The notes under the pieces are model-generated. The model searched no databases. It was not told the origin of the DNA and was given only the letters and a program-made list of their open reading frames with translations. From a virus (lineage: Duplodnaviria > Caudoviricetes), in IMG/VR virus record IMGVR_UViG_3300037041_001930: a stretch of DNA of 64,000 nt; one strand, written 5' to 3'. This document shows positions 48,490 through 58,324 of the stretch, in pieces. Position 1 is the first letter of the stretch. Each line of letters opens with the position of its first letter. A program made the position numbers and the translations under genes.

Positions 48490-51201
48490 TTAGTCCCATT
48501 CGAGGCGACGTGCGCCCAGAGTTGATAAACCACCGCCACTGACGTTGACGACAAGGGCGAGGCGAGACGTCGCCTGAGCCGGAGCGTTGCCTCCAGGAGA
48601 GGTGTCCACGTCGACCACGGTCAGGGCGACCACGGCGTTGCGCCCATTGTCGGCCTGGGGGTATGTATGCGAGAACGTGGGTCCAGTTCCCGAGTTATCA
48701 AATCTGGCCAGATTCCACCACGTCGGGAACGCGGGGTCATTGACACCTAGAGGTGGCAGTGCTGTCATCGATGACCGGATCTCCCAGGCATACGATGCAA
48801 TCGCGGCAGGGGTACCCCCCGATTCGATTTCGTAGTCGTTGGCGGTACGGAAGTGCTGAACCCCGGCACCATAGGTGATATTGGCACCGATAACTGAGGT
48901 ATCCAACCAGACCTTGGTGGGGTTCGTGGTATCGATGTCCACGATGGGGATGACTTTGGTGATCGCCCCGGCGAGATCAGTGAGGACGAGAACCGCGTGC
49001 CCCCCGGTGCGGAGACCACCATTGATGAGGTTGGGATCCGTGAATGCGATTGAGGGGTGCCCGGCCAAAATTGTGCCCGCTGCGGCGAGGACTGGATCGG
49101 TGCCCAGGGGATCCCCTTGCACCCAGACGACATCGGTGCCGTAGGAACGTCGACCATCGAAGACGTATGTTTTCGCGCTGCCAGGTACGGATGCAGGTGA
49201 GGGAATGATTGCTGCGGGGTTCAGGTTGTCCACCGCGCCGGTCTGCGAGTAGACCACTGGAGTAGCCCCAAACAGTTTCCAGGGCTGGCCAATCGTATTT
49301 GACCACCCCGTGGTGGACTTCACGGTAGCCCTGACATCCAGGGAGTCGTTGACCCGTTGTGGCAGCTTCAGAGGTTTTGATGGGAACCCGATAGCGATGG
49401 TGTCCGAGGGCTGGACAAGGCCAGGCAGCGGGGAACCCACAACTAAAACAATCTGGTCATCACTAGGCACACTTGCGATGGGGTACCATCCGCGCATGCC
49501 ACCGTTGACGACGACGAAGAAAGATCCCGGCCAGGCGTGTAAACCGATACCAGGGGAATTGATGGTGATCCCGGGGCCAACTGCGCTACCCCCGAGCTGA
49601 GTGTAATCCAGTCCCACACCTTCCCAGCCAAAACCACCCGCATTGATCTCCCACTCCCAGCTCGTGTGGTTGCCACCCCCGGGTTCGTTGGAGATAAAGA
49701 ACCAGTCGGCTGACGTGTAGACCTGGGTTGAACCCGTCACCGCGATAACAATGGAATCCACTGACGCCGAGGCCACAATGGGGTAACTGTGAAGAATTGG
49801 AGCCGCGAGACCGCCACCAGCAGGGGTCTGCGTGACCACGTTGAGGAACCCTCTGATCTCCCCTGCGGCGAGATCTCCGGCCTGGATACCGCGACCAATG
49901 TTGGTCACGTTAATCGTGAGGTTTCCGCCTATGGCGGCGTTGAGATCCACGTTACCCGTGAATCTCGAGTAGATCTGCCCAGACGACCAGGGGTCATTGC
50001 GTACCGCGACTCTACCAGTGCCGTTAAGGGCGACCACGGAGCCCGCGGGGGCGTCCTGATAGCGTGCGGCGACGACAAGAGTGTTGTCGGCACCGGAGAG
50101 CACAGGGGACACCATGGCGACGTCACGAATCGTGTTGGGGGCTGAGGACGAGAACACTGGGGAACCCGAACTCGCGACGAGATCGTTCCAGGAAGCCCAC
50201 TCACGTGCAGCGAAACTGAAACCAGGGGCTCGATAGGTAGTCCGGAGATAGAACGTCGCCGTGGCCGTTCTTGCCGGGTTGAGTTCACCAAGCGCACCGA
50301 CACCGGCGTCATCCTTGGATGTCAGCTGCACCGGCCAGATGTCGATATGATTCCAGGTATGCGTCTGACTCGGGAAACCAGGTCCGGGGTAAACGACTTC
50401 GGTGCCCCCGACAAGGGTTCCACCTGCACCGGGAACTAGGGTTCCAAAAGCGTTGCCGTAGCGCGATCCAATCGAGAACGCGAAACGGGTGCCGTCTACA
50501 GGGGAGCCGTCTGAATTCTGGACCCCACCACTGGGGCGGTGAGCCCCGCTGATTTGCTCGAAGAGGACCTGAGCAAACTCGGAGTAGAACTGCCCCGTGG
50601 TCCGCCCACCCGCGGTGACTCGATTCTCGTTGTCACTTGAGCTGTTTCCAAGGATCCTGGCGACTGCACGAGAGATATCAGTGGGGTTCACGGGATCGAG
50701 GCTGACCCCGGTGATGACTGCACTGGGTCCCTGGTTGAGTTGGAGATCAATGTTTCCGTTGATGTCGCCGACACCACCGCCGTCTGGGGTAGCGTTCCAG
50801 GCATCTCCAGTCAGCGTGAATAGAACACTGGCGAACTGGTCAGCGGTGGCATAGTTGGCTATCGCTGACGCCCCATTGTCATATTTGAAGCCGAGGAGAT
50901 GGTCGCCACCGCTGCCGTCTGTCGGCGACTGGTTCTCGTATGCAGAACCCGGGGGATCCACCGGGGTGACATCGCTCTTTCTCCAGAAGAGCACCACGAG
51001 TTTATCACCGTTCTGGCAAACCCAGTTGGTGCCCATGAAATTGTCTTCACTGATCGCGACTTGATAGATGCCTGCGTTATCGGTGAGGCGGACCACACGC
51101 CGCCACCGTGTTACAGTACCTGGGCGCGAGTAAATCGCGGTGTAGTAAACACCAGGAGTGTTGACCCCTGCAACCTTGACGAAACCTTGGGCGGTGGACA
51201 T
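48490..51201 (-). CDS. Large virion surface protein with PKD/Ig-like domains, 903 aa
   Basis: PKD hallmarks YVFDGRRS, IASYAWE, GPTFSHTY...VALTVVD; RBS AGGAG. Confidence 0.65.
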   Translation of the reverse strand: MSTAQGFVKVAGVNTPGVYYTAIYSRPGTVTRWRRVVRLTDNAGIYQVAISEDNFMGTNWVCQNGDKLVVLFWRKSDVTPVDPPGSAYENQSPTDGSGGDHLLGFKYDNGASAIANYATADQFASVLFTLTGDAWNATPDGGGVGDINGNIDLQLNQGPSAVITGVSLDPVNPTDISRAVARILGNSSSDNENRVTAGGRTTGQFYSEFAQVLFEQISGAHRPSGGVQNSDGSPVDGTRFAFSIGSRYGNAFGTLVPGAGGTLVGGTEVVYPGPGFPSQTHTWNHIDIWPVQLTSKDDAGVGALGELNPARTATATFYLRTTYRAPGFSFAAREWASWNDLVASSGSPVFSSSAPNTIRDVAMVSPVLSGADNTLVVAARYQDAPAGSVVALNGTGRVAVRNDPWSSGQIYSRFTGNVDLNAAIGGNLTINVTNIGRGIQAGDLAAGEIRGFLNVVTQTPAGGGLAAPILHSYPIVASASVDSIVIAVTGSTQVYTSADWFFISNEPGGGNHTSWEWEINAGGFGWEGVGLDYTQLGGSAVGPGITINSPGIGLHAWPGSFFVVVNGGMRGWYPIASVPSDDQIVLVVGSPLPGLVQPSDTIAIGFPSKPLKLPQRVNDSLDVRATVKSTTGWSNTIGQPWKLFGATPVVYSQTGAVDNLNPAAIIPSPASVPGSAKTYVFDGRRSYGTDVVWVQGDPLGTDPVLAAAGTILAGHPSIAFTDPNLINGGLRTGGHAVLVLTDLAGAITKVIPIVDIDTTNPTKVWLDTSVIGANITYGAGVQHFRTANDYEIESGGTPAAIASYAWEIRSSMTALPPLGVNDPAFPTWWNLARFDNSGTGPTFSHTYPQADNGRNAVVALTVVDVDTSPGGNAPAQATSRLALVVNVSGGGLSTLGARRLEWD

Positions 51202-51260
51202 TCGTGATCTCCTGTAGTCTGGATACTAAGCCAGTGTCTGTCGGGGAGAAGCCTGTGCTC

Positions 51261-52298
51261 TCACGCCGCATTGGGACCGGGGAGGTCGTCAGCATTCTGC
51301 CGATTCGTGCGTTTCGTGGCCTTCGAGCCCTCGTCATGGTAGATACCGTTGGTTCGATTCTTGGTCTCATTCAGCCCAGTGTTTAGGCAGTTCTCGACAC
51401 GAATCTTAGTGGAGGCCACACGTCGCCCCACGGCTTCATCGGTGTGATCCGTGCTCTCGGAAGCCGACACTAACATTTCGCGGATGAGTGCCCAGATGAG
51501 ATCAACTGTTAGGTAGGATCCATCGGGATGACTCGGAAAAAATAGCTTGTGGTCAATGGAGAGCTGGTAATTCGCGAGGCCGCGTTCGGCGTGGAAGAAT
51601 ATCGCATTGAGATCCCTGCAGACACGATCCGTGATGAACGGTGCCTCGCGCTTCCAGTTGTTCTTCTGAATCGAGGTTGTGACTACATCGAAGACTTGGG
51701 GCTTCACGGAGCGCTCAAAGCACTCCTCGATGATGCGTATGGAGTCAGCGATGTTAATGACCCCCTTCTGGCGATCCAGGAGTTCACGTAACACGGATTG
51801 CAGACTGATGAAGGTTTGGTCTAGCCTGCGCTCCCTGGTGTTCTCGCGCTCCGTACTCGTGCGATCGTGGGCTGACAGGGCACTCGCAAAGGACTCGGCC
51901 TGGGAGGTCGTCAATGTCTCGAGTCTGGAGCCATGATCAACCATGTCCTTGCGGAGCCCGTGGATCTCTTTACCCAGCCCTTCAATGCAGGCCCCGTGGC
52001 GTTGGAGCCCACGCATTACGAGCTCATTGGAGTCCGTTATCGCCTTGGCGATGCTCTCGTTGGATGCCGCGATGAGTTCTGCTCTACGGGTTTTCCCGTC
52101 CTGCTCGATCTCGAGCTTCTTGTTCTCAGCTGTCTTCGCATCTTTCTTGGAGCGCAGCCATAACCAGAACGCGATGACACCCAAGACCAGGACGATGATC
52201 AGGAACACGATCCCACCTGTCTCCAAGCGGTTAGCTGCGTTCATGATACGTTCAGATGCCGCCGCGGCGTCTGCTGGATTCGTGGGTAGATCGGCCAT
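51261..52298 (-). CDS. Single-pass membrane protein with coiled coil, ~345 aa (holin/anchor-like, function unknown)
   Basis: Hydrophobic GGIVFLIIVLVLGVIAFWLWL followed by RSKK and a long helical region; start MADLP at 52298. Confidence 0.6.
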   Translation of the reverse strand: MADLPTNPADAAAASERIMNAANRLETGGIVFLIIVLVLGVIAFWLWLRSKKDAKTAENKKLEIEQDGKTRRAELIAASNESIAKAITDSNELVMRGLQRHGACIEGLGKEIHGLRKDMVDHGSRLETLTTSQAESFASALSAHDRTSTERENTRERRLDQTFISLQSVLRELLDRQKGVINIADSIRIIEECFERSVKPQVFDVVTTSIQKNNWKREAPFITDRVCRDLNAIFFHAERGLANYQLSIDHKLFFPSHPDGSYLTVDLIWALIREMLVSASESTDHTDEAVGRRVASTKIRVENCLNTGLNETKNRTNGIYHDEGSKATKRTNRQNADDLPGPNAA

Positions 52299-52359
52299 GT
52301 TGTTTCCGTGCTGGTGGTGTCGCCACAGAATACCGGAGATCCGCGTTACGCCAATGGGC

Positions 52360-52965
52360 TCACCAAGGCGCCGGGGCCTCATCGAGACCGAGATTATTCA
52401 ACCGAACCAGAATGCGCGCCCCATCGACGAGGGCCAACGGGGTATGCGCAGTCCCCAGGGTGATTCGTACCCCACGTGGCTCCCATTTGTAGTCACCGTC
52501 GTCATCCCAGAACAGGGGGAAGTTGGCTTGAGAGTTCAGAGGAGTCGCCCCGGGGAAGAAGTCCCAAACCGTGGCAGCCTTCTGGTCGATCATGGAGCAT
52601 CGGGTCACGATGTCGCCGGAGACCACTGCACCTAGGCCCTGGCGTTGGTTGATCTGGATAATCAGGCTGTGCACCGTGGTGACCAGACCCCAGAAGGGGT
52701 GTGGCGCCATCCGGGTCATCCAGCCACCGGGATGCCCAGATGCCGCGAGGACAACATCGGGATCCCATTCCATCTCTGCAGTGCTGAAGTCCCCATCGGT
52801 GAGGTATGGTAGCGTGACTTCAGATGTCCTGGTGACACCACCGGGTTCAATGGGAAGCCAGAGCACGTTGTCTTGACCGTCGCCACCGGGGCCAGCATCA
52901 GGGATCTGGTTTTTAGCTGCCAGCGAATGGATGAATGGACCCATGAGGCCTTGAAGAGTTGGCAT
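52360..52965 (-). CDS. Hypothetical virion protein, 201 aa, paralogous to 54021-54947
   Basis: Shared W.[FY]FPGATP.N...N[FW]....DD..D..E.RG motif. Confidence 0.65.
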   Translation of the reverse strand: MPTLQGLMGPFIHSLAAKNQIPDAGPGGDGQDNVLWLPIEPGGVTRTSEVTLPYLTDGDFSTAEMEWDPDVVLAASGHPGGWMTRMAPHPFWGLVTTVHSLIIQINQRQGLGAVVSGDIVTRCSMIDQKAATVWDFFPGATPLNSQANFPLFWDDDGDYKWEPRGVRITLGTAHTPLALVDGARILVRLNNLGLDEAPAPW

Positions 52966-52974
52966 CGTGACCTC

Positions 52975-53970
52975 TCAGACGTCGTTTTCTCGGAACAGGA
53001 ATTGGTGGATGCTCAGGTAACTCGAACCCTTCCAGGTAATCGAAACCTTGACGGTGTAGTTGGTCTCGAAGATGAGATCACTGGCACCTGTCTTCACTAC
53101 TTTGAAGATGCCACGGGAATCCGCACCAGAGATCCAGACTTCAGCACCTGCGCTGTGGTAGGCGCGTGTGGTCCCCAGGGAGGCCCGGGTGACGGTTACC
53201 AGGGTTGGGGCGTCCACGGTGACCACTGTCATGAGTTCATTGTCGCATGCCAGGATTCTTCCAGCGGTGAGCCCTGCGGTCGAGGGTACCGTGAGCTGAA
53301 CGGCACCCGCACTGCTGCCAAGGGGGACACTGAGGAGCTGGGAGTACACTGGGGTATCGGTGCCCACGAAGATTGGGGAGACCCCATCGACTTCGTAGAG
53401 TTCCACTGTGGCGTGGTGCAGGAACTTGTCGGTGATCGCGGCCCCATTGACCTGGAGCGAGGGGTAGAACCCGATGAGATCGTTGGCGGGGACCCCGGTA
53501 TCCGTGTACTCGAACCCCAGGAGGCACATGGACACCGTACTCGAGCCCAGACGGTTGTAGATCGAGGTGAGGTCGCGGTGGTCGTCGCCAGTGATCGCGT
53601 CGATTTGATCTTCCCCACCACCAAAGACGAGTTTGTTGATGTCCCGATTATCCGCATTGGCGTCATCATAGATCTCGATGAGCAAGGCGTGTTCTTCGTA
53701 GGGCGGGAACTTGGTGGCGAAGGTGCCGGCACCATTGGCTTGCTCGTAGGCATACCCGATGTCGATGCTATAGCACCGCAAGAGGGGCTGCGGGGTGCAG
53801 GTCTCATACCCCGTGATGTCCAGGGCTTCACCGGTGAGCCCACTGGCGAGCAACTTGAGCACGCGAGCTCTCACGGTTCCCGTGGGGGCCACGGGGAGGA
53901 CGCCGACGGCGATGTGTCCGGCGTTCACGGTACCTGGGGTCGCATTGGTCACGAATGATGGATATTTCAC
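52975..53970 (-). CDS. Hypothetical virion protein, 331 aa, containing the fibre-anchor-like module
   Basis: ELMTVVTV...VTVTRASLGTTRAYHSAGAEV matches the fibre N-termini. Confidence 0.65.
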   Translation of the reverse strand: MKYPSFVTNATPGTVNAGHIAVGVLPVAPTGTVRARVLKLLASGLTGEALDITGYETCTPQPLLRCYSIDIGYAYEQANGAGTFATKFPPYEEHALLIEIYDDANADNRDINKLVFGGGEDQIDAITGDDHRDLTSIYNRLGSSTVSMCLLGFEYTDTGVPANDLIGFYPSLQVNGAAITDKFLHHATVELYEVDGVSPIFVGTDTPVYSQLLSVPLGSSAGAVQLTVPSTAGLTAGRILACDNELMTVVTVDAPTLVTVTRASLGTTRAYHSAGAEVWISGADSRGIFKVVKTGASDLIFETNYTVKVSITWKGSSYLSIHQFLFRENDV

Positions 53971-54020
53971 AGGTCTCTCCGATACAGGAAATCTTGGTGT
54001 TGGTCGTGAGCTGACAATGC

Positions 54021-54947
54021 CTACCAGGCCCAGAGCGAGGTCAGCGGGGTGAGATGAATGATGACTTCGCCGGCATCACGCAAAGCGCTGGGATTGGCTT
54101 CCCTGGTGAGTTCTATAATGAACCCCCTGGACTCCTTGTCGCCGTCTTCGTCGTCAACAATGGGAGTCCAGTTCGGGATCGCATTGATTGGAGTGGCCCC
54201 AGGGAAGTAGGTCCACCTGGATTTCTCGTAGACGCTACCACGGGGGCCGCCAACACTATCAACCCGAGTCGTCGTATAGGGGTGATAGGGGTTACAGTAG
54301 GCATCGTAGATCATAGGGGTCCCCGCGGGATGGTACCCCGCGGAGGTCCCCAGTCTGCCACGCACGACTTGGACTTGATAGCCGGATACCGCGGTGACCC
54401 GCATGGCTTCGTAGCCGATGACGGCGTAGTGCCCCTGGATAAACAGCCCACTCACAGGGGTCGTGAGATTGAACACAGTAGTCGATGGCAATATAGTTTC
54501 TGCGAGGATGCGATTCCCGACGGCACCGGCGCTGAGGACCCCGAGGGCGCGATGATTGGGTTCGTCCCCGGGGCGCCGGTAGTGAATGTTGAGTTGGCGG
54601 ACGATATCAGAGATCCGAGTCGGTAGCCTGGGCCATGTGCCCACGGGGTACGCGGGGTCACCACCGGTATTGATGTCAGAGTAACCCCAGGATCTCGAGT
54701 CGTCATCCCACTTCATCATGGCCAGGGATAGTGTCTCGGCTCCCAGGGGCTGCGGGAAGCATGCCGCGGGGATCGAGATGTCATGCGACAGGTTTACGTT
54801 GGCGCCCACGGCATCACGGAAGCCCTCGGGGAGCACGATATCAAGGGTTCCGCAATACTGCACTTCAGTGGGCTCCGTGAGGGGAAGGCCAGCAAACGTG
54901 GCGTTATCGGTAAGAGGCAGGGCACCGGGTATAATGTTCATGGCCAT
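54021..54947 (-). CDS. Hypothetical virion protein, ~308 aa, with the fibre-anchor-like module
   Basis: EAMRVTAV...VQVVRGRLGTSAGYHPAGTPM; start ATG 54947, just after the upstream stop. Confidence 0.65.
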   Translation of the reverse strand: MAMNIIPGALPLTDNATFAGLPLTEPTEVQYCGTLDIVLPEGFRDAVGANVNLSHDISIPAACFPQPLGAETLSLAMMKWDDDSRSWGYSDINTGGDPAYPVGTWPRLPTRISDIVRQLNIHYRRPGDEPNHRALGVLSAGAVGNRILAETILPSTTVFNLTTPVSGLFIQGHYAVIGYEAMRVTAVSGYQVQVVRGRLGTSAGYHPAGTPMIYDAYCNPYHPYTTTRVDSVGGPRGSVYEKSRWTYFPGATPINAIPNWTPIVDDEDGDKESRGFIIELTREANPSALRDAGEVIIHLTPLTSLWAW

Positions 54948-54949
54948 GG

Positions 54950-55711
54950 TTATGGCCCCATGTTCAGCACGCGGGTCACCGACGTCAAGGTTTCTGAAAG
55001 GGGAGTCGAGTCCTGGGGTGCCCATGCAAACGTGAGCGTGAGCACGGCACCATCACGAATTCGTGTGATCCTCTTGATATGGAGGAGTCCATTGGGGTGC
55101 CAGGTATAGGAGACCACAAATAACACTGCTGTCTTCGTGGCATCCGAGTAATGCGTTTTAGTCGTGAGATCCCCGGTTACCGGGCTCCACGCGTACTCGG
55201 TGTAATAAGCCTGGTTGTCGAGCTCGAACTCGATGTCGAGGCCAATCTGGTCACAGCAGTCACCACTCGGAGTCGGCCCGGGTTCCCCTGAAGTCGCCCC
55301 GGGGGCGTACGTCAGGATACCCTTAACCGCCGTGATCTCGCGTGGAGTCTGGGAGTCGAAGACGCCGATGAGACGCCACTCGAGGTCAATGGGGTTCAGG
55401 GTGTCGAGAACATTGAAGGCGGGGCTGCCACCATGGATCTGGTACGGGATGCGACCTGCGTTGGGGTTCTCGAGATCCCAGGTCGCTGCCCCGGGGACAT
55501 AATTCACGCTCAGGATCAGAGCACCCTTCTCGGTGAAGACACCGAGACGGGGATACGGGGCCTTGAGGACCAAGGGTTCAGAATCGTATTCGAGGACAAG
55601 ACGTACGCTGAGATCATCTGCGGAATCCAGAACCAAGGGGGTCTGGGGACGCAGGGGGACCAGCGTGGTCAGCGCGGACTTCAAATCGAGGCGGAGCTCA
55701 GCGATTCGCAT
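54950..55711 (-). CDS. Hypothetical virion protein, 253 aa (BppU/Ig-like N-terminus)
   Basis: RBS GGAG; beta-sandwich-like pattern. Confidence 0.6.
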   Translation of the reverse strand: MRIAELRLDLKSALTTLVPLRPQTPLVLDSADDLSVRLVLEYDSEPLVLKAPYPRLGVFTEKGALILSVNYVPGAATWDLENPNAGRIPYQIHGGSPAFNVLDTLNPIDLEWRLIGVFDSQTPREITAVKGILTYAPGATSGEPGPTPSGDCCDQIGLDIEFELDNQAYYTEYAWSPVTGDLTTKTHYSDATKTAVLFVVSYTWHPNGLLHIKRITRIRDGAVLTLTFAWAPQDSTPLSETLTSVTRVLNMGP

Positions 55712-55740
55712 GAATAGTCTCCAGCCCCGAGACAGTTGAA

Positions 55741-56214
55741 TCAGGGGGCCTGAATCAGGGCTTCCTGGGGTTCCCTGGCATCTTCAGTGGTTTCGACATC
55801 TGCGCTAGAGGCTGGATCCACCGCGGAGATGTCACCCTGTGAAGTCAGGGCGAGCTCGATGCCCTGGATGCGTGCCAGGTTGGCGTAGAAGTTGAGATTG
55901 ACTTGGAGAGGCCCGATAACACCGGGTTCCGGGATCCTGCCGTTCTTCTCGGCCCGGATCACGGAATCCCGGATATCGGCCTGACAGCGTCGGAGATGGC
56001 GGAGTAGGAACTCCTTGGTGTCCCCGACCTCAAAGAAGAGGTCGATGGCACCGCGTTGGATGTCCTGGCGCTGTGACATCGTCCTGATATTGCCCCGGTG
56101 GTCACCAACGAAGTGGTAGACCCCGGGTCCCAGAGTCCGGTTCGGCTTAATCCAGGTGAGTATAACTCTTGGATATTTAACTACAACAATGGTGTGTGCT
56201 ATTGACGTATTCAT
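55741..56214 (-). CDS. Hypothetical protein, 157 aa
   Basis: ATGA coupling to the upstream gene. Confidence 0.6.
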   Translation of the reverse strand: MNTSIAHTIVVVKYPRVILTWIKPNRTLGPGVYHFVGDHRGNIRTMSQRQDIQRGAIDLFFEVGDTKEFLLRHLRRCQADIRDSVIRAEKNGRIPEPGVIGPLQVNLNFYANLARIQGIELALTSQGDISAVDPASSADVETTEDAREPQEALIQAP

Positions 56215-56540
56215 TTTGCAGACTTCTTTGCAGCCTTGTGACGACTCGCCAACTTGGTCAACGCGATGTCGCCATCGAGGCGTCCTGGGCGAGGTGCCGC
56301 TGCCTTGAACTGGGCTGCTTGTTTTTCCAGGAATTTGTTTACAATTCCCGCCTTCTTCTCATTCTTAGCCTTCTTCGGACTCCCCATCGCAGGGGTGATG
56401 TTACCCTTGGCGTTGGTACTCGGCTGAGTAGGCTGCTCGGGTGGCGGCGGCGCATTGGTTCCACTCCGCGGTTTAACAGGGGTGGAAGTGTGGGCTGCAA
56501 TCTTCTGTGCAGCCCGGAAGAGTAATTCACGGGGTTTCAT
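56211..56540 (-). CDS. Small basic K-x-A-rich protein, ~109 aa
   Basis: RBS GGAG before ATG 56540; KIAA, KQAA and KLAS motifs. Confidence 0.6.
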   Translation of the reverse strand: MKPRELLFRAAQKIAAHTSTPVKPRSGTNAPPPPEQPTQPSTNAKGNITPAMGSPKKAKNEKKAGIVNKFLEKQAAQFKAAAPRPGRLDGDIALTKLASRHKAAKKSAK

Positions 56541-56605
56541 GGGTGCTCCGATGCGATAGGATAGTCTTGGAAATCCCTCGAACAAGTCGGGGTAGGCAGG
56601 CTGCC

Positions 56606-56642
56606 AAAGAAGGACGCCACCCGGTTTCCCAGGTGGCGTCCT
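56606..56642 (-). terminator. Intrinsic terminator after the major capsid gene
   Basis: AGGACGCCACC...GGTGGCGTCCT 11 bp stem (extendable around a GAAA loop), followed by TCTTT on the minus strand. Confidence 0.75.
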
Positions 56643-56670
56643 ATTACAATCTCAAATCCAACCTATCAGC

Positions 56671-57609
56671 TCAATTCTGCGAGATGGTCACCAGGGCGAC
56701 CGCAGCGGGGTTGGCGATGGTGGCGCCGCGTTCAGCGTACGCGAAGAATTCCAGGTTGTATGCGCGCTTGTCGACATACATCGTGGTGTCTTCGAGGACG
56801 TAGGACTTGCCCAGGAACTCCGGGGAAGCGAACACCCAGAAGCTGGATTCGGCGACGAGCTCGGTCTTGTTGGTAACGACCCAGTTGCAGCCGATCAGTT
56901 TCTTCTGTTGGAAGCCGTCGACCAACATGTCTTGCGACAAGTCGCCACCGGCTTCGTCACGGGTGAACTTACTGACGTCATGGATGGTGATGTTGTTGAC
57001 CAGGATGGTCACGCCGTCCAAGTGGGCGAAAGTACGTGGCAGGATCTTTTTGATCTCGAACAACGAGTTACGGGTGATGCCCGCGGGATCAACGAACTTG
57101 ACGTTTTGGACGATGCCGGTTTCAGGAACGATACCGCCCTGAGGTCCCACGATGGCTTGGCAAGCCGACAGCATCTTGCGGTCGAACTCGAAATCCATGT
57201 CGAGGATGGCGTTGTCCGAGATGACCTGGCGGATGTCCATACCGTAGGTACGGAGTTCCGAGGTATCCTTCGTGAACTTATGGGTCACGATACGATCGAA
57301 GTAGACCGGGTAACGGTCACCACGGAAGTAGTATTGGATGGGCTGCTGACCCAGGGGGATCGTGATAGCAGCGGGTGAGTTGGGTTCGCGTTCAACCAGC
57401 TTGACGTTCTTGTCATTGCTGAGTTGTGGGGTGAGTTCGTCATCCCCAATCTTGATCGCTGGCAGAATCTTCTCGAAGAACGAGGATTCACGGATGCGAA
57501 CGCGGGTGAAATCGGTCACCATGTCCGCTGCGGCTTTGATATGACCCTTTTCGAGCATACCGAAGAATGCAGCATTGGACTGGGCCGCGGACAGCTTTTT
57601 CTGACTCAT
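56671..57609 (-). CDS. Major capsid protein (HK97 fold), 312 aa
   Basis: Size; position after protease/scaffold/decoration genes; strong RBS and following terminator; C-terminal FFAYAERGATIANPAAVALV typical of HK97-fold MCPs. Confidence 0.85.
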   Translation of the reverse strand: MSQKKLSAAQSNAAFFGMLEKGHIKAAADMVTDFTRVRIRESSFFEKILPAIKIGDDELTPQLSNDKNVKLVEREPNSPAAITIPLGQQPIQYYFRGDRYPVYFDRIVTHKFTKDTSELRTYGMDIRQVISDNAILDMDFEFDRKMLSACQAIVGPQGGIVPETGIVQNVKFVDPAGITRNSLFEIKKILPRTFAHLDGVTILVNNITIHDVSKFTRDEAGGDLSQDMLVDGFQQKKLIGCNWVVTNKTELVAESSFWVFASPEFLGKSYVLEDTTMYVDKRAYNLEFFAYAERGATIANPAAVALVTISQN

Positions 57610-57651
57610 GGTCTCAATTCCTTGTTGGTTTGTGGTTGGAGGCTACCGAGC

Positions 57652-58263
57652 TCACAGGCTGGCAGGCAGGGTGTTTCCGGCGCGGAGGAGTTCCAGGCCG
57701 GGATAGAACGCCAGGGTGGCGTAGCCATCGGGTCCAGTGAACTTGCCGGCGGGGGCGACGCGACCGATGATGATATCGGTAGCAGGGGTCGCGAGGTCGC
57801 GGATAACACCAGCGTTGGCGTTACCAGTAGCCACGCAGGTCAGGGGCTGACCGGGGACATAGGTCTTCGAGGCATCGAATGCAGTGGTACTGAGTTCGAC
57901 AGCCGATTTACCCGTGATGGTGCCGAAGCGGGCTTCACCGGCGTAGGGCATGGCGTAGCCATTGCCGCCAGTGGAGTTCGAGCGGGTTTGGGCATTCAGG
58001 GCGCCACTGAGCAGGCCGTCGCGGACGACGTCTGGAGCATTGTTGGCGTCGGTGCCAGACACGGCGAACAGCGGGAGCTGGTTCAGGGCATCAGCTGCGT
58101 CGAGGCCAGCGCGGAGCTTGCCGGTGAGGGGAGAGATGGAGCAGACAGAACCTGCGTCGATGAGGACGCCGGGGCCGAGTTGACCAGTAAAGTCGACCAG
58201 GGTATTACGGTCGCCTTTACGGACTTCGAGCTTCTTGCCACCCATACTGGTTGGGATACTCAT
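57652..58263 (-). CDS. Head decoration / cement protein, 203 aa
   Basis: Immediately upstream of the MCP; beta-tulip-like pattern (YVPGQPLT...GRV). Confidence 0.65.
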   Translation of the reverse strand: MSIPTSMGGKKLEVRKGDRNTLVDFTGQLGPGVLIDAGSVCSISPLTGKLRAGLDAADALNQLPLFAVSGTDANNAPDVVRDGLLSGALNAQTRSNSTGGNGYAMPYAGEARFGTITGKSAVELSTTAFDASKTYVPGQPLTCVATGNANAGVIRDLATPATDIIIGRVAPAGKFTGPDGYATLAFYPGLELLRAGNTLPASL

Positions 58264-58324
58264 GTTAATCTTCCTTTGGTGAAGACATGTGAAGGGGACA
58301 TATGCCCCGGTTAATCAGGTAGGT

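Noticed and set aside
58294-58308. Imperfect palindrome GGGGACATATGCCCC upstream of the decoration gene
   Set aside because: Single short imperfect dyad with no second copy seen.
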